Positions 63,932-64,000 of a DNA stretch of 64,000 nt are shown piece after piece. A program made the translations under genes and the position numbers. Below the pieces are notes generated by a model, which ran no database searches, had not been told where the DNA came from, and was given only the letters and a program-made list of their open reading frames with translations. The DNA comes from Antedon mediterranea. Taxonomy: Eukaryota > Animalia > Echinodermata. Every line of letters starts with the position of its first letter. Position 1 is the stretch's first letter. Location of the stretch: NCBI RefSeq assembly GCF_964355755.1, contig NC_092673.1, positions 19,713,648 through 19,777,647 on the forward strand. The letters are read 5' to 3'.

Positions 63932-64000
63932 TACAGTGGGAACAAACAAAAAATCTTTAACAAATAAAATTACTATTTTAATTATTACTGTAATGTAAAA

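Noticed and set aside
61844-63949. ORF-track proteins 61844-62140 and 63740-63949
   Set aside because: Alternative frames over real exons; the Cys-rich/TM frame fits the splice phases.

Overview
AT-rich, intron-rich animal genomic DNA. Gene content and repeat types suggest an invertebrate deuterostome, probably an echinoderm (inference). Seven spliced gene models were reconstructed by hand from GT-AG sites and codon phase: (1) a tandem-DED / ZU5-UPA / tandem-DED / two-TM death-fold locus (945-8769, +) with a frameshift in its first coding exon; (2) a class C, CaSR-like GPCR (20000-26141, +); (3) a secreted CUB / thyroglobulin type-1 / antistasin-like / Ig mosaic protein (26674-36158, +); (4) BORCS7 (38149-39730, +); (5) LMAN2/VIP36-like (40900-47661, -); (6) LETM1 (48627-59901, -); (7) the 3' end of a Cys-rich GCC2/GCC3-type type I membrane protein (61861 to window end, -). 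The 9-18.5 kb interval is a graveyard of decayed elements: Academ-like transposase relics, an rve/IS3-like integrase relic, a kinase pseudogene and SINEs. Introns hold MITEs and several minisatellites, and a LINE fragment lies between genes 3 and 4. The strongest signal is a pair of tandem, equal-length (162 nt), paralogous exons 72 nt apart in the sugar/Ca2+-binding part of LMAN2, which are candidate mutually exclusive exons. Other notable items: the death-fold locus that may yield two different proteins, an Asp/Tyr-rich patch in the thyroglobulin-repeat protein, twin inverted MULE-like insertions with different TSDs, and a minisatellite traceable to a single-unit retroposed copy. All homology calls come from motif recognition, not database searches.
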